The notes below the pieces were generated by a model. The model searched no databases. It was given only the letters and a program-made list of their open reading frames with translations, and was not told the DNA's origin. DNA of 54,067 nucleotides, the filler included, from an uncultured virus (IMG/VR IMGVR_UViG_2049941000_000645) (taxonomy: Duplodnaviria; Heunggongvirae; Uroviricota; Caudoviricetes). It is 28 parts of one record of this genome, joined end to end, with 100 filler letters (N's around TTAATTAATTAA, not from the genome) between each part and the next. Parts side by side here need not be neighbours in the genome. Positions count along the whole stretch, not along the records: positions 1 to 402 come from IMGVR_UViG_2049941000_000645; positions 503 to 1,250 come from IMGVR_UViG_2049941000_000645; positions 1,351 to 2,421 come from IMGVR_UViG_2049941000_000645; positions 2,522 to 3,940 come from IMGVR_UViG_2049941000_000645; positions 4,041 to 7,443 come from IMGVR_UViG_2049941000_000645; positions 7,544 to 9,251 come from IMGVR_UViG_2049941000_000645; positions 9,352 to 9,981 come from IMGVR_UViG_2049941000_000645; positions 10,082 to 12,051 come from IMGVR_UViG_2049941000_000645; 20 more parts are not named here. One strand, written 5' to 3'. Shown here in pieces: positions 1 through 12,051 of the stretch. The translations under genes were made by a program, and so were the position numbers. Position 1 is the first letter of the stretch, and each line of letters starts with the position of its first letter.

Positions 1-402
1 CATTCCGGTTCCCGTCACCTGGGAATCGAGGTATGCCGTTATTACCAGGACCAGGCGATCAAGTACCATAAGAACGGCGGAAAGTCCGACAAGGAAATCA
101 TCGACCAGCTCAAGAAGGCGGGTCGCCAGTCCGAGATCGAGTCTGTCCTCAAGGCCAACAAGGCCGCGCAGCCGTCTATCCCGAACGAGCTCGCGTACCT
201 CGAGGGCGACCTCATGCAGGACTACCTGCACGACATGAAAATCGCGCAGGAATTCGCGATCTGGAACCGCGAGGCCATGCTCGACGTACTCATGGACGGG
301 CTCGGCATTAAGAAGCGCCACGTCATGGACAAGTTCTGCACGATACACAACTATATCGACCTGGACCACATGATTCTCCGCAAGGGTTCCATATCGCTCC
401 AG
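1..402 (+). CDS. rtcB: RtcB family RNA ligase (internal fragment)
   Basis: Frame 1 reads HSGSRHLG...EGDLMQDYLHDMKIAQEFAIWNR...HNYID...LRKGS, carrying the HSGSR, HNY and RKG motifs of RtcB. Confidence 0.9.
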
Positions 403-446
403 NNNNNNNNNNNNNNNNNNNNNNNNNNNNNNNNNNNNNNNNNNNN

Positions 447-458
447 TTAATTAATTAA
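447..458. other. Artificial scaffold linker TTAATTAATTAA (stops in six frames) flanked by 44 N each side; recurs about 27 times (e.g. 1295, 2466, 3985 ... 53741)
   Basis: Identical 12-mer always centred in a 100-nt N block. Confidence 0.97.
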
Positions 459-503
459 NNNNNNNNNNNNNNNNNNNNNNNNNNNNNNNNNNNNNNNNNN
501 NNC

Positions 504-713
504 GAAAATCGTACAAACGAGGTAGTATGCTTGTCTCACGGTATGGTTATCCGTTATCTCTACCATTTTATGACAGGAAACAAAGGCGTTTCCGCTTATG
601 ACGTCATCAATTCCAACGGGTTCGTGTTCTCGAACCTGGACCTCCTCGTCGTCGATACGGTGAGCAAGTCCGTAGAAGTATACCGGTACAAGGAACCGAT
701 AAAACATATTTAA
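504..713 (+). CDS. hypothetical protein (3' fragment)
   Basis: Open frame from the gap to TAA at 713. Confidence 0.5.
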   Translation, partial: ENRTNEVVCLSHGMVIRYLYHFMTGNKGVSAYDVINSNGFVFSNLDLLVVDTVSKSVEVYRYKEPIKHI

Positions 714-746
714 ATCGCTGACTGACCGGCCTGATATAAATATTAC

Positions 747-1250
747 ATGGTCACGACGGTCAAGGACATAACGGATTACCCGTGGCTCTGTAACACTGTT
801 ACGAAGCTCGACAACCCCATAAGCGACGGTAACAATATCGTATGTACGAACGAGACGGATACTGTGGATACCGTCGTACAGGANNNNNNNNNNCAGGTCG
901 CGAGCTACCCGCTGTCGTCCTGTTACCAGATAGACGACCCGCTCAAGGTGAACCCGACCGTGTCCGAGGACGCGAGGGACAATCCCGACCCGTACAACAA
1001 CGTCAACGTGCTCTACGACCCGGACGCCCACGCGAGGAACGGGCTCAGGAGGCTCCAGCGCGAAATCGAGGATACCTCCAGGAGGCTCGCCGAGGAAATC
1101 GCGGCGGTCGGATCCAGCGCGCATGTCGCCGGCAAGGAGGCGCTCGAGTACATCGGCAAGGTCGATTCCTACGTCGAGACGAACGACCGCATGGTTTCCG
1201 AGCTGGGAACCGCCGAAAGGGACGTGAAACGCGACATTTCCGCCGTTTCC
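747..1250 (+). CDS. hypothetical protein fragment(s); a 10-N gap may join two genes
   Basis: ORF with ATG at 747; coiled-coil-like second half. Confidence 0.5.
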
Positions 1251-1621
1251 NNNNNNNNNNNNNNNNNNNNNNNNNNNNNNNNNNNNNNNNNNNNTTAATT
1301 AATTAANNNNNNNNNNNNNNNNNNNNNNNNNNNNNNNNNNNNNNNNNNNNAGAAGACGATGAAGATAAAGGACTTCACGTATACGTCCATGATGATCCTG
1401 TTCGGGATATACATCGCCGGCGTCATCACCGGCCTCATCACCATGGCGATCTGACGTTCCGCATCTGTCGTTTCCGCTGTGAAATCTGTCGCTGTCCTAA
1501 AGGGCAGAGCCTTCTCCGTTAGAAGTATGGTCTTTATACAACAGTTCCTGATTCCGACCGTGTNNNNNNNNNNCGTCAGGCAGAGCTTCAGCACGGTCGA
1601 TACGATTTAAGGAATAACGAT

Positions 1622-2299
1622 ATGAATATAGGCGTCTGTCTAATAAACCACAATCAGAATCTCTATATCGAGCCCACGATAAGGATACTCGACAAGCAGA
1701 TCAAGCGCCCGCATACGATATTCGTGTGTTCCGACGGGAAGAAGTTCCTGACGGACAGATCCGACGTCGTCTGCATAAACAACGAGGTCAAGCGCGGCCG
1801 ATGCGAGAACCGCAACTCGGTCATACCGTACTTCCTCGTGTCCGACTGCGACGCGCTGGTATTCATAGACGGCGACTCGCACCCGGTGAACAACGACTTC
1901 CTTTTCGAGTACGAGACCTTGTTCGAGAAATACGATCTCGTGTTCGGTACGAGGCGCCATACGGACCCGGAGGGGCTCAAGTACCCGGCGTCCGACCTGC
2001 TGACCGCCAACATGGATAACCTGTGGCAGAACAACCCGCTCGACTTCCGCGACCTGAGGACCGTCTCCGGGGCGATAGCGAGCTGGCAGCAGGCGAAAAC
2101 GTTCAGCGAACGTCTCGATCTTATGATTACCGGCATGATCGGCTGGAGTTGTAATTTCGGATTTACGAAAAAGGGACTCGAACGGCACCTCGCGTTCATG
2201 AAGTCTATATACGGCAAGAAAGAAATATTCGATTCGACCGCATTCGGCAAGAACTGGGGATATGAAGATGTTGCCATGGGAATCGACGCCCTCTATGAA
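1622..2299 (+). CDS. GT-A fold (family 2-like) glycosyltransferase, partial
   Basis: N-terminal IGVCLINHNQ, CSDG, GRCENRN, FIDGD (DxD) and WGYEDVAMG; SD-like AAGGA upstream. Confidence 0.8.
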
Positions 2300-2521
2300 N
2301 NNNNNNNNNACTACTTTTTAGAGAACAAATGTTCTGGTCATTCATAGTTGGATTCTCCACAGGCATAGGAGTATCTTGTATAACTCCGGTTTCGGTATTT
2401 CGTACCGTACCATTATCTAAANNNNNNNNNNNNNNNNNNNNNNNNNNNNNNNNNNNNNNNNNNNNTTAATTAATTAANNNNNNNNNNNNNNNNNNNNNNN
2501 NNNNNNNNNNNNNNNNNNNNN

Positions 2522-3756
2522 CAAAACGTCTTTTCGATAACAGTGGTAATCTAATAGAAAATGATTATACTACAAGTGCTCAATATGGTTCATTTAGTGT
2601 TAAATTTGGCGGACCTGGAACGAACTATTCTAATGGTGGCGCCATGGCGCTCGGTACCAATATATCCGCATATTATGGTTCTATCGGTATAGGTTATAAT
2701 AATACATATGCCTACGCAGGTTCATTGGTATTCGGTAAGAGTACAACAGCATATAATGGTTCATTGGGTTTAGGCTTTGATGGTGTAAATGCGGAAAATG
2801 GTTCTATTACGTTAGGTTGTCGCGGCGCATCAGCGCAAAATGGTTCTATGGTTTTCGGTAGTGACTCTATATTGGCGCGTAACGGTTCATATGCATTTGG
2901 TGCAAGAAGTNNNNNNNNNNAATCAGCGCGCAGTCATGTGTTGTATATCCGTCGGCGGTGCTTTCTCCTTCCGCAATAATTCATAATAGTCTTGCAAAAT
3001 ATGGTGCAATATCAATCGGTCCGAAAGTTTACAGTGAAGACTCTATCGCCATTAACGTACCGTCTAACTATGATGNNNNNNNNNNTGCCAATAATGGTTC
3101 TTTGACGATAGGCTTTAACGGGGCAACAGCCACCGAAGGCGCTATAGCTATAGGTTTCAACGGACCTTCTGCTAAAGACGCGTCTATCGCTATCGGTTTA
3201 CAGAGTATTACGGCACTTAGCGAATCAATCGCAATCGGTAGTCGAACTGTTTATGCTTCTGGCGCACCTTCATTCGCTATGGGTTCACAGGGTGTTTATG
3301 CATCTGCTGGAGGTTTTGCGATAGGTGTTAATGGTGTAAACGCGTATAATAACCAAGGTTTCGCAATCGGTTATAATACCGTTTGCGCAACAAATGGTGG
3401 TGACTTTGCAATAGGCACAAATAGCGTTTTTGCACGAAATAAGGGTTTTGCTTTAGGCTATGGAGGTATTACTGGTGAACAGGATAGTATCGCAATAGGT
3501 AGTAAAACCATTTCCGCCACATATAATGCAATATCTATCGGTTCAGAGAGTAATATGGCCAGGGCGAAGAGTGTTGCAATCGGTTTCAGCAATACTGCAA
3601 TAAACAACGCGTTACTTATTGGTTATTATAACAGTCAAAGCGAATTTGAGGGTTCAAATCCGTCTAATTCTAATCTATTCAATGCTTTTGGCCGTTCTAA
3701 CAGCGTATATGATAATACACCAGATAAGAATGAAATGTATTCTATAACGATGCTTG
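2522..3756 (+). CDS. Fibre/adhesin with YadA-head (Hep_Hag-like) ~15-aa repeats, partial
   Basis: Many S/A-IAIG, FAIG and SLxxG repeats; AT-rich. Confidence 0.75.
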
Positions 3757-4040
3757 NNNNNNNNNNTACATCGACGTAGTTATACCGAAATACTATTATG
3801 ACAGTACGCAAAACGCGTTATTGCCGTATAATGCGTATTATAATCCCGATACGTACTATATCTACAGCTATGACGACTATGATACATATGTTCGTATACA
3901 AAATGATATACGTAATGGTACAATACCAGCAAGTGAAGCTNNNNNNNNNNNNNNNNNNNNNNNNNNNNNNNNNNNNNNNNNNNNTTAATTAATTAANNNN
4001 NNNNNNNNNNNNNNNNNNNNNNNNNNNNNNNNNNNNNNNN

Positions 4041-5341
4041 GCTGTCCACCATCATGGACACGCTCTGGACGAAGATCCGCAATAAATTCAAGACGAAGGT
4101 AGACAAGGTCCCGGGAAAAGGGCTTTCCACCAACGATTTCACTAACGGCTACAAGTCCAAGCTCGACACCCTCGACAGCAAGCTCGCGAAGAAGATGGAC
4201 AAGACCACGGCGTGGACTGCCGGCCAACTCACCGTGTTCGACAACAACGGCAGCCTGGTGAATGCTGGCAAGACGCCTTCCGACATTTTCACCGTCACGC
4301 AGGCGCAGGACAAGGCCGACAAGGTCNNNNNNNNNNAGGATATCGACAACTGGAACACGATGGAGCACCTGGGCGGGTTCAAGATTGTCCCGCTCACGCA
4401 GACCGAGCCGTACGTTCCCGATGTCCAGAACCCGGACAACACCCTCATATACCTCACGAAGGAAGAGGGTTCCGGCAAGACCGACCCGTATACCGAATGG
4501 ATTTACATCACCGACCCGGAACAGGGCGAGGACAACTGGCAGGTAATCGGCGAGACGTNNNNNNNNNNCGCGACCGCGGCGCAGGGCGCCAAGGCCGACA
4601 CGGCGTACCAGAAGCCGTCCGGCGGCATACCGAAATCCGATCTGGTCCAGGGCGTACAGGATTCCCTCGACGCGGCGGATTCGGCATACCAGCTGCCCCT
4701 CGCGGGTATCCCGTACGGCGATCTCGATTCCGGCGTCAAGGCGTCGCTCGATCTCGCCAACTCCGCAGTGCAGGACAGCGACTACGTCCATACGGACAAC
4801 AATTTCGACGACAACTACAAGGACAAGGTCGACGGTATCGCGGCCGGCGCGCAGGTCAACGTCATCGAGGAGATACAGGTCAACGGCACGACGGTCTCCC
4901 CCGTCAACAAAGTCGTCGACATCACTGTCCCGTCGCAGCAGAACGCCGACTGGGAAGCTACAAGTGGCCCCGCGGAAATCCNNNNNNNNNNCTGAACAAG
5001 CCGGATCTCTCCATATACTACGAAACGCCGGCCAACGGCATACCGAAAACGGATCTCGCCCAGGGCGTGCAGGATTCCCTCGATTTGGCAGATTCTTCCT
5101 ACCAGCTCCCTTCCACGGGAGTCCCTAAGACCGATTTGGCGCAGGGTATACAGGATTCCCTCGACCTTGCCGATTCTTCGTACCAAAAACCGTCCGGTGG
5201 CATTCCTAAATCTGATTTGGTCCAGGGTGTACAGGATTCGCTCGACCGTGCTGATTCCGCAGTGCAGGACAGCGACTACGTCCATACCGACAACAACTAC
5301 ACTACGACCGAGAAAACGAAGCTTTCCGGCATAGAGAACGG
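4041..5341 (+). CDS. Phage fibre/virion structural protein, partial
   Basis: KVDKVPGKGLSTNDFT, AQGAKADTA, HTDNNF/Y and GAQVNVIE motifs typical of phage fibre proteins; internal repeats. Confidence 0.75.
4603..5295 (+). repeat. Coding 81-bp (27-aa) repeats, YQxPxxGIPKxDLxQGVQDSLDxADS, about 5 copies in two blocks, each block ending in SAVQDSDYVHTDNN
   Basis: Direct comparison of 4606-4800 with 5017-5295. Confidence 0.85.
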
Positions 5342-5351
5342 NNNNNNNNNN

Positions 5352-5478
5352 CTTGAACCGCATAAGTACGATTTGCTGCAGTTGAAACTGTTTCCGCAGT
5401 TGCTGTCGCTGCAGTAGCACTTCCAAGTTTAACTATACCTGCTGTAGAATCTGTCGCAGTAGGCAAATTACCGGCGAT
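5352..5478 (-). CDS. Tail-fibre repeat fragment
   Basis: LPTATDSTAGIVKLG matches the ATxxxxGIVxL tail-fibre repeat. Confidence 0.6.
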
Positions 5479-6405
5479 NNNNNNNNNNNNNNNNNNNNNN
5501 NNNNNNNNNNNNNNNNNNNNNNNNNNNNNNNNNNNNNNNNNNNNNNNNNNNNNNNNNNNNNNNNNNNNNNNNNNNNNNNNNNNNNNNNNNNNNNNNNNNN
5601 NNNNNNNNNNNNNNNNNNNNNNNNNNNNNNNNNNNNNNNNNNNNNNNNNNNNNNNNNNNNNNNNNNNNNNNNNNNNNNNNNNNNNNNNNNNNNNNNNNNN
5701 NNNNNNNNNNNNNNNNNNNNNNNNNNNNNNNNNNNNNNNNNNNNNNNNNNNNNNNNNNNNNNNNNNNNNNNNNNNNNNNNNNNNNNNNNNNNNNNNNNNN
5801 NNNNNNNNNNNNNNNNNNNNNNNNNNNNNNNNNNNNNNNNNNNNNNNNNNNNNNNNNNNNNNNNNNNNNNNNNNNNNNNNNNNNNNNNNNNNNNNNNNNN
5901 NNNNNNNNNNNNNNNNNNNNNNNNNNNNNNNNNNNNNNNNNNNNNNNNNNNNNNNNNNNNNNNNNNNNNNNNNNNNNNNNNNNNNNNNNNNNNNNNNNNN
6001 NNNNNNNNNNNNNNNNNNNNNNNNNNNNNNNNNNNNNNNNNNNNNNNNNNNNNNNNNNNNNNNNNNNNNNNNNNNNNNNNNNNNNNNNNNNNNNNNNNNN
6101 NNNNNNNNNNNNNNNNNNNNNNNNNNNNNNNNNNNNNNNNNNNNNNNNNNNNNNNNNNNNNNNNNNNNNNNNNNNNNNNNNNNNNNNNNNNNNNNNNNNN
6201 NNNNNNNNNNNNNNNNNNNNNNNNNNNNNNNNNNNNNNNNNNNNNNNNNNNNNNNNNNNNNNNNNNNNNNNNNNNNNNNNNNNNNNNNNNNNNNNNNNNN
6301 NNNNNNNNNNNNNNNNNNNNNNNNNNNNNNNNNNNNNNNNNNNNNNNNNNNNNNNNNNNNNNNNNNNNNNNNNNNNNNNNNNNNNNNNNNNNNNNNNNNN
6401 NNNNN

Positions 6406-7270
6406 CTGATGTACGGAATTACGCACGTTCCGGCGGTAAATATGAAAGTCGAATACATGCATGTCGTTTCGAGGACATGCGGGGAAGCATTCTCAAGCCG
6501 ATAATATACATAGTTCAATTCTACCGGTTCATCATTGTTCCCTTTCTTCGCAAGACCGTATAACAGACCGACCGGATTCGTATTGCCATCCTCAGTCGAT
6601 TGTATATTAAGTTTCAGTACAACCTTGTAAATACCGGCGACCGGAATGTAGTAGCAATCATATCCATCCCAATATTGATCATCATCATCAACAACGATAT
6701 TGTCAGTGTTTAGACCGAAATCTACCTCGCTCGCACCAGCCAGGTCGAATTTCCTGTTTTCCGTCGCACGATATCCGCCAGCAAATTCCGCATACGAATT
6801 CNNNNNNNNNNNNNNNNNNNNNNNNNNNNNNNNNNNNNNNNNNNNNNNNNNNNNNNNNNNNNNNNNNNNNNNNNNNNNNNNNNNNNNNNNNNNNNNNNNN
6901 NNNNNNNNNNNNNNNNNNNNNNNNNNNNNNNNNNNNNNNNNNNNNNNNNNNNNNNNNNNNNNNNNNNNNNNNNNNNNNNNNNNNNNNNNNNNNNNNNNNN
7001 NNNNNNNNNNNNNNNNNNNNNNNNNNNNNNNNNNNNNNNNNNNNNNNNNNNNNNNNNNNNNNNNNNNNNNNNNNNNNNNNNNNNNNNNNNNNNNNNNNNN
7101 NNNNNNNNNNNNNNNNNNNNNNNNNNNNNNNNNNNNNNNNNNNNNNNNNNNNNNNNGACGGCGCCGGTCTGATCCACGGTCAGAACCTTCCCTGCATCTT
7201 CAGATGACGTTTCCGGCAATATTACCAAATCGTCATCGTTTACGTTCGTAAATTTCGTATAATTCGACAT
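6406..7270 (-). CDS. Virion appendage protein with possible C1q/BclA-like beta domain, partial
   Basis: Start MSNYTKF after GAGGA; DAGKVLTVD; distal frame reads YYIPVAGIYKVVLKLNI. Confidence 0.45.
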
Positions 7271-7543
7271 TTTAAAAATCCTCTATTATTGCTGTGTCAA
7301 TACCCATCTTGCACTGTATGCAGATATTATATTTTCCAGATCAGATATCTTACTTTGTAATGACTCTATCGTAGATTCTACATCATTGATACCGCTGGTA
7401 GAAACTGTCGTCGCGGACATATTTCCATAAGAGTCCACTATGANNNNNNNNNNNNNNNNNNNNNNNNNNNNNNNNNNNNNNNNNNNNTTAATTAATTAAN
7501 NNNNNNNNNNNNNNNNNNNNNNNNNNNNNNNNNNNNNNNNNNN

Positions 7544-7669
7544 TTGACGGATCATCAGACGGAGAACTCATCTGTATACGAATCGTACGATCCGGAAGTC
7601 CGAGCGGGTTATACGGGTCGGGAGGCGGAACATAATCGGCTATGCGCTCAAACGATATGCTGGCAATCG
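7544..7669 (-). CDS. BspA/DUF285-like protein, piece 1 (continues at 8616)
   Basis: PDPYNPLGLPDRTIRI; its end overlaps 8605-8616 by TTGACGGATCAT. Confidence 0.65.
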
Positions 7670-7679
7670 NNNNNNNNNN

Positions 7680-7858
7680 ATACCGATCCGAGAAAGCCCG
7701 TATGGGCCGACAAGATCGCGGTACTGGGCAAACTCCGCGACATGGGGCTCGGCCATATAATAATCCCACCCGTATTGACGTGCCGGGGCAGGCTCGCCCG
7801 CGAGGACTTCGATTCCCTCCCGGACGGCAAGTACATATTCAAGTGCCACCACGGTTCC
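7680..7858 (+). CDS. TupA-like ATP-grasp ligase, piece 1
   Basis: WADKIAV...DFDSLPDGKYIFKCHHGS; ACGGTTCC overlaps the start of the 8627 piece. Confidence 0.75.
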
Positions 7859-8260
7859 NNNNNNNNNNGTACTCAAGACCGAAGTCGATACCGCGGGCTA
7901 CTATTCCGTCGATATCGACACTTTTGCGAACGATTCCTGCCCGACACCCGAATCCATCCGTATCTGCGTCTACAGTAACGGCTCCCGTTACGAATTCCAA
8001 TATANNNNNNNNNNACGAAACCGTCGACCGCGGTCACCGGTGACCTCGTATGTTTCGACGCCAACAAGGACCTGGTCGATGCCGGTAAGAGCATTAACGA
8101 TTTCGTCATGGATGTCTCGTACGACGGTTCCGCGAAGAAGTTCACGAAGACCGATACCTCCGGTACGTCGGATATCGTCACCGACGCGGCCCTCAAGGAA
8201 GATATGGGTCTTTCCTGCTTCCACGAGATGGGCGACAGCTACATAGCGGTNNNNNNNNNN

Positions 8261-8616
8261 TATATTTTGGATATTGCCAACACTAGTCAACACAAATGCA
8301 GGAATCGACTGTAAACTGCTACATCCGGCAAACATATACTGCATTGTCGTAACGTTTGACGTGTCGAACAATGTAACTTCATTCAATGCTGTATTGCCTT
8401 CATAATTCGATTTACCGAACATATAGTCCATATCGGTAACTGTGGACGTATTTGCGCCAAGTACCTTGACCAATTTATTTTTATTAGTATTAGACGACAA
8501 TCTAAATAACCCATACCAATCGGAAGAATCATAATGGCAATCCCATTGGTCATCAGTTCCGTCTACACGTGTAAACGTAGGACCGGAACAATATGTAAAT
8601 ATCGTTGACGGATCAT
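8261..8616 (-). CDS. BspA/DUF285-like leucine-rich repeat surface protein, piece 2
   Basis: NTSTVTDMDYMF and FDTSNVTTMQYMFAGCSSLQSIP repeats. Confidence 0.85.
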
Positions 8617-8626
8617 NNNNNNNNNN

Positions 8627-8800
8627 ACGGTTCCGGCTGGAACATGAAGTTCGAGAAGAAGCCCGGGAACGACCCCACATACATGCTCGGCAAGCTCGAG
8701 GAATGGTGCGGGCTAGACTACGCCTACATAGGCGGGTGGGAATGGCAGTATCACGAAATCGTCCCCGGCGTGATTGTCCAGCCCGACATGGGGAACATCC
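8627..8800 (+). CDS. TupA-like ATP-grasp ligase, piece 2
   Basis: GSGWN...LEEWCGLDY...WEWQYHEIVPGVIVQ resembles the HGSGxN...W...EWxYxxIxPxIIxE pattern. Confidence 0.75.
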
Positions 8801-8810
8801 NNNNNNNNNN

Positions 8811-9251
8811 ACATTAAATCGTGCATATATACATGCGTACTTACATTTACACGACTACCGTCGATTGACGATGACAAGCAACTATTATAAAATTGGTCGA
8901 AATTATAATTAGTCATACCATAAGATGCATACATTTGGTTCGTACTTACATTTCTTTCGACTAATGTAAGTCCGTTATAACCGCTTATTTTCCCGGTCAC
9001 ATTTTTCCATAAAGCGCCGGATGTATAATCCGCATCATGTATCAATCCGATGACTGGCGATGATATCGCTGACATATCGGACTGACCATCGGCAGATAGC
9101 GGGCGATAATAATTTACATATAGATAATCACGTGTAGCACCCGCTCTGTTGTCGACAATATATTTCGCATAGCCGCCTTGTGCCGTGGCAACACTTGTGG
9201 TACCAGTAGCGGCAGTCAATGCATTAGACCCGTTGTTAAATGCAGAAACAC
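8811..9251 (-). CDS. hypothetical (probably structural) protein fragment
   Basis: Stop-free frame, Ser/Thr/Asn-rich. Confidence 0.5.
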
Positions 9252-9350
9252 NNNNNNNNNNNNNNNNNNNNNNNNNNNNNNNNNNNNNNNNNNNNTTAAT
9301 TAATTAANNNNNNNNNNNNNNNNNNNNNNNNNNNNNNNNNNNNNNNNNNN

Positions 9351-9932
9351 NATCCATCCGTAACGGTGGACAATGCACTTGACACAGTTGTCACCAGCCT
9401 GCTCGAACATGGCTGCTATTTCCGGAGAACGGCAATTACAGTATTCTAACAGGTTCCTGCCGTCACGTTCGGAATGGAACGTTTCCGGGAACAGGTGCAG
9501 CCATCGTACTGCGAGCATTTCCATATTCGGCAGCTTCTCGTCATAATACCGTATGGCCTCGTAGATATTGCCGAACATCGTCTCGTCGAATGTCAGAAAC
9601 TCATCGTCGTCTATGGGCATGACCCATTCGGCTTCCGACTGTATTGCGAGATACCTGTCATATAGCTTATACTGTCTCGGGATACCCTGTACGTTCTCGA
9701 ATGAAACCCGACTGCCGAACTTACTGCATACCGCCCCGGCGTCATATTGGAGTTCGTTACCGAATACATGGATATGTTCGAACCCTATCTTGTTCAAGTG
9801 CCAGTCCAGCCAGAATTCAAGGTCTTGCGGTTGCATGTACTTAGTAAGCAACATCGCCTCGGTCTTGTACTTATACGACGTCGGATATTCCGGACCAATA
9901 CATACCGGGTGTACTGGCTTGTTCCGGAACAT
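9351..9932 (-). CDS. Glycosyltransferase (GT2_4/GT92-like), partial
   Basis: DLEFWLDWHLNKIGFEHIHVF...EWVMPIDDDEF...WLHLF...VKCIV. Confidence 0.85.
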
Positions 9933-10081
9933 ATACTTATTAAAATCGGCATAATTATGCCCATGTTTATTTGTACCATGCNNNNNNNNNNNNNNNNNNN
10001 NNNNNNNNNNNNNNNNNNNNNNNNNTTAATTAATTAANNNNNNNNNNNNNNNNNNNNNNNNNNNNNNNNNNNNNNNNNNNN

Positions 10082-10220
10082 GAAGCTCGACGACATGCTC
10101 GAGGACGCCAAGGGCAGCCTGCTCGACCGTTTCTCCCTTATCTCCAACAAGACGTACGAGAACTTCCCGTTTACCATGCAGCAGGGTCTCTACCTGACTT
10201 CCGACGACGAACCGCATAAG
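10082..10220 (+). CDS. nrdD: Anaerobic ribonucleotide reductase, displaced internal fragment
   Basis: LLDRFSLISNKTYENFPFTMQQGLY resembles the NrdD middle region. Confidence 0.65.
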
Positions 10221-10230
10221 NNNNNNNNNN

Positions 10231-10599
10231 TATCTACATAATTGGTCAAATCAATCGATGTTTCACCGATTATTTGCCAATGTGCTTGACCTTCTTCAGG
10301 ATTTTCAACATAAATCCATTCAGTATAAGGATCTTTCACGCTAGAACTNNNNNNNNNNATTGTTCTTATTTTCCGTATTATCGGTATTGAACGTAAATCC
10401 AGTAATTACACCATTTGCTTCCGTAATAGTCGCGGAAACATTCGTTCCACCAGTCGAGCCGACAGTGGCATCCATGGCATCAATACGTGACGTGATGGAT
10501 TCGACTGTTGCTGCCGGATTAGTTGATGGATTATATGCATGTCCATCTTCAAATGTAAGTGCGGTACCTGCATCAGTCCATGGAACGTTAACAACAAGT
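10231..10599 (-). CDS. Fibre protein fragments
   Basis: DPYTEWIYVENPEEGQAHWQIIGETSIDL is paralogous to 4480-4557; VVNVPWTD. Confidence 0.6.
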
Positions 10600-11161
10600 N
10601 NNNNNNNNNNNNNNNNNNNNNNNNNNNNNNNNNNNNNNNNNNNNNNNNNNNNNNNNNNNNNNNNNNNNNNNNNNNNNNNNNNNNNNNNNNNNNNNNNNNN
10701 NNNNNNNNNNNNNNNNNNNNNNNNNNNNNNNNNNNNNNNNNNNNNNNNNNNNNNNNNNNNNNNNNNNNNNNNNNNNNNNNNNNNNNNNNNNNNNNNNNNN
10801 NNNNNNNNNNNNNNNNNNNNNNNNNNNNNNNNNNNNNNNNNNNNNNNNNNNNNNNNNNNNNNNNNNNNNNNNNNNNNNNNNNNNNNNNNNNNNNNNNNNN
10901 NNNNNNNNNNNNNNNNNNNNNNNNNNNNNNNNNNNNNNNNNNNNNNNNNNNNNNNNNNNNNNNNNNNNNNNNNNNNNNNNNNNNNNNNNNNNNNNNNNNN
11001 NNNNNNNNNNNNNNNNNNNNNNNNNNNNNNNNNNNNNNNNNNNNNNNNNNNNNNNNNNNNNNNNNNNNNNNNNNNNNNNNNNNNNNNNNNNNNNNNNNNN
11101 NNNNNNNNNNNNNNNNNNNNNNNNNNNNNNNNNNNNNNNNNNNNNNNNNNNNNNNNNNNNN

Positions 11162-12051
11162 GGATCAGTCTACAGATACGACAGCCACCATCCCGATGGC
11201 CTCGTTTACGGCCAATCCGGGCACTTCTACGACCGCATATACGGAAGGCCTTATGTCTGGCGAGGACAAGGAAAAACTGTCCCAGATTGCGCCCGGTGCG
11301 CAAGTAAACGTACAGTCTGACTGGGAAGAAAGCAATACAGCGTCCGACGCGTANNNNNNNNNNAATGACGCGTTAGAAGAAATTAATGATACATTTGAAG
11401 AGATTGATGAAAATATCGATTTCCTGTCCGGTGCCATAACCGGTATTCCGGCGCAGGTACAGTCTAACTGGACGGAAGACGACAATACGAGCCCGGCCTA
11501 TATCCAGAATAAGCCTGCTGAAATTTCTCTTTCTGCCGGTGAAGGTATTGGCATTGTTGAATCGAATAACAATATCGTGGTTTCGGTAACGGGCGATTAT
11601 GCGGACGCAAGTGAGATAGGTTCGGAAATTTCGTTCCTATCCGGCGCAATTGACGATAAAGTCGAAACGACGGCGTTCAATGACGCGATGGATGGAATTA
11701 ATGATACATTTGAAGATATCGGAGATAATATTGAATTCCTGTCCGGCGCCATAACCGGTATTCCAGCACAGGTGCAGTCNNNNNNNNNNGATTCTACAGA
11801 TCCGGCATATATTAAGAACAAGCCGACCGAGCTTTCGCTTGCTGCCGGTGAAGGTATCGGTATCACGGAAACCGCAGGCAATATAGAAATCTCCGTTAGC
11901 GCCGATTATGCGCTCAGCGCCGATGTAGATACGCAACTTGCTGATAAGTTGGATATTGCTGACGCCGCTACCGCGTATTATTCTGCTTCTAACCCGAGTA
12001 ATTATGAAGAAAACGTAATTAACGACATAAAGATTGCCGGGTCGTCGATGA
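11162..12051 (+). CDS. Repeat-rich fibre/structural protein, partial
   Basis: GLMSGEDKEKL, GAQVNVQSDW, AYIQNKP, LSAGEGIGI; ~105-aa internal duplication (11364.. vs 11679..). Confidence 0.75.

Noticed and set aside
11364..11860. Direct repeat as a DGR pair or mobile-element end
   Set aside because: In-frame internal duplication of a fibre protein with mixed substitutions
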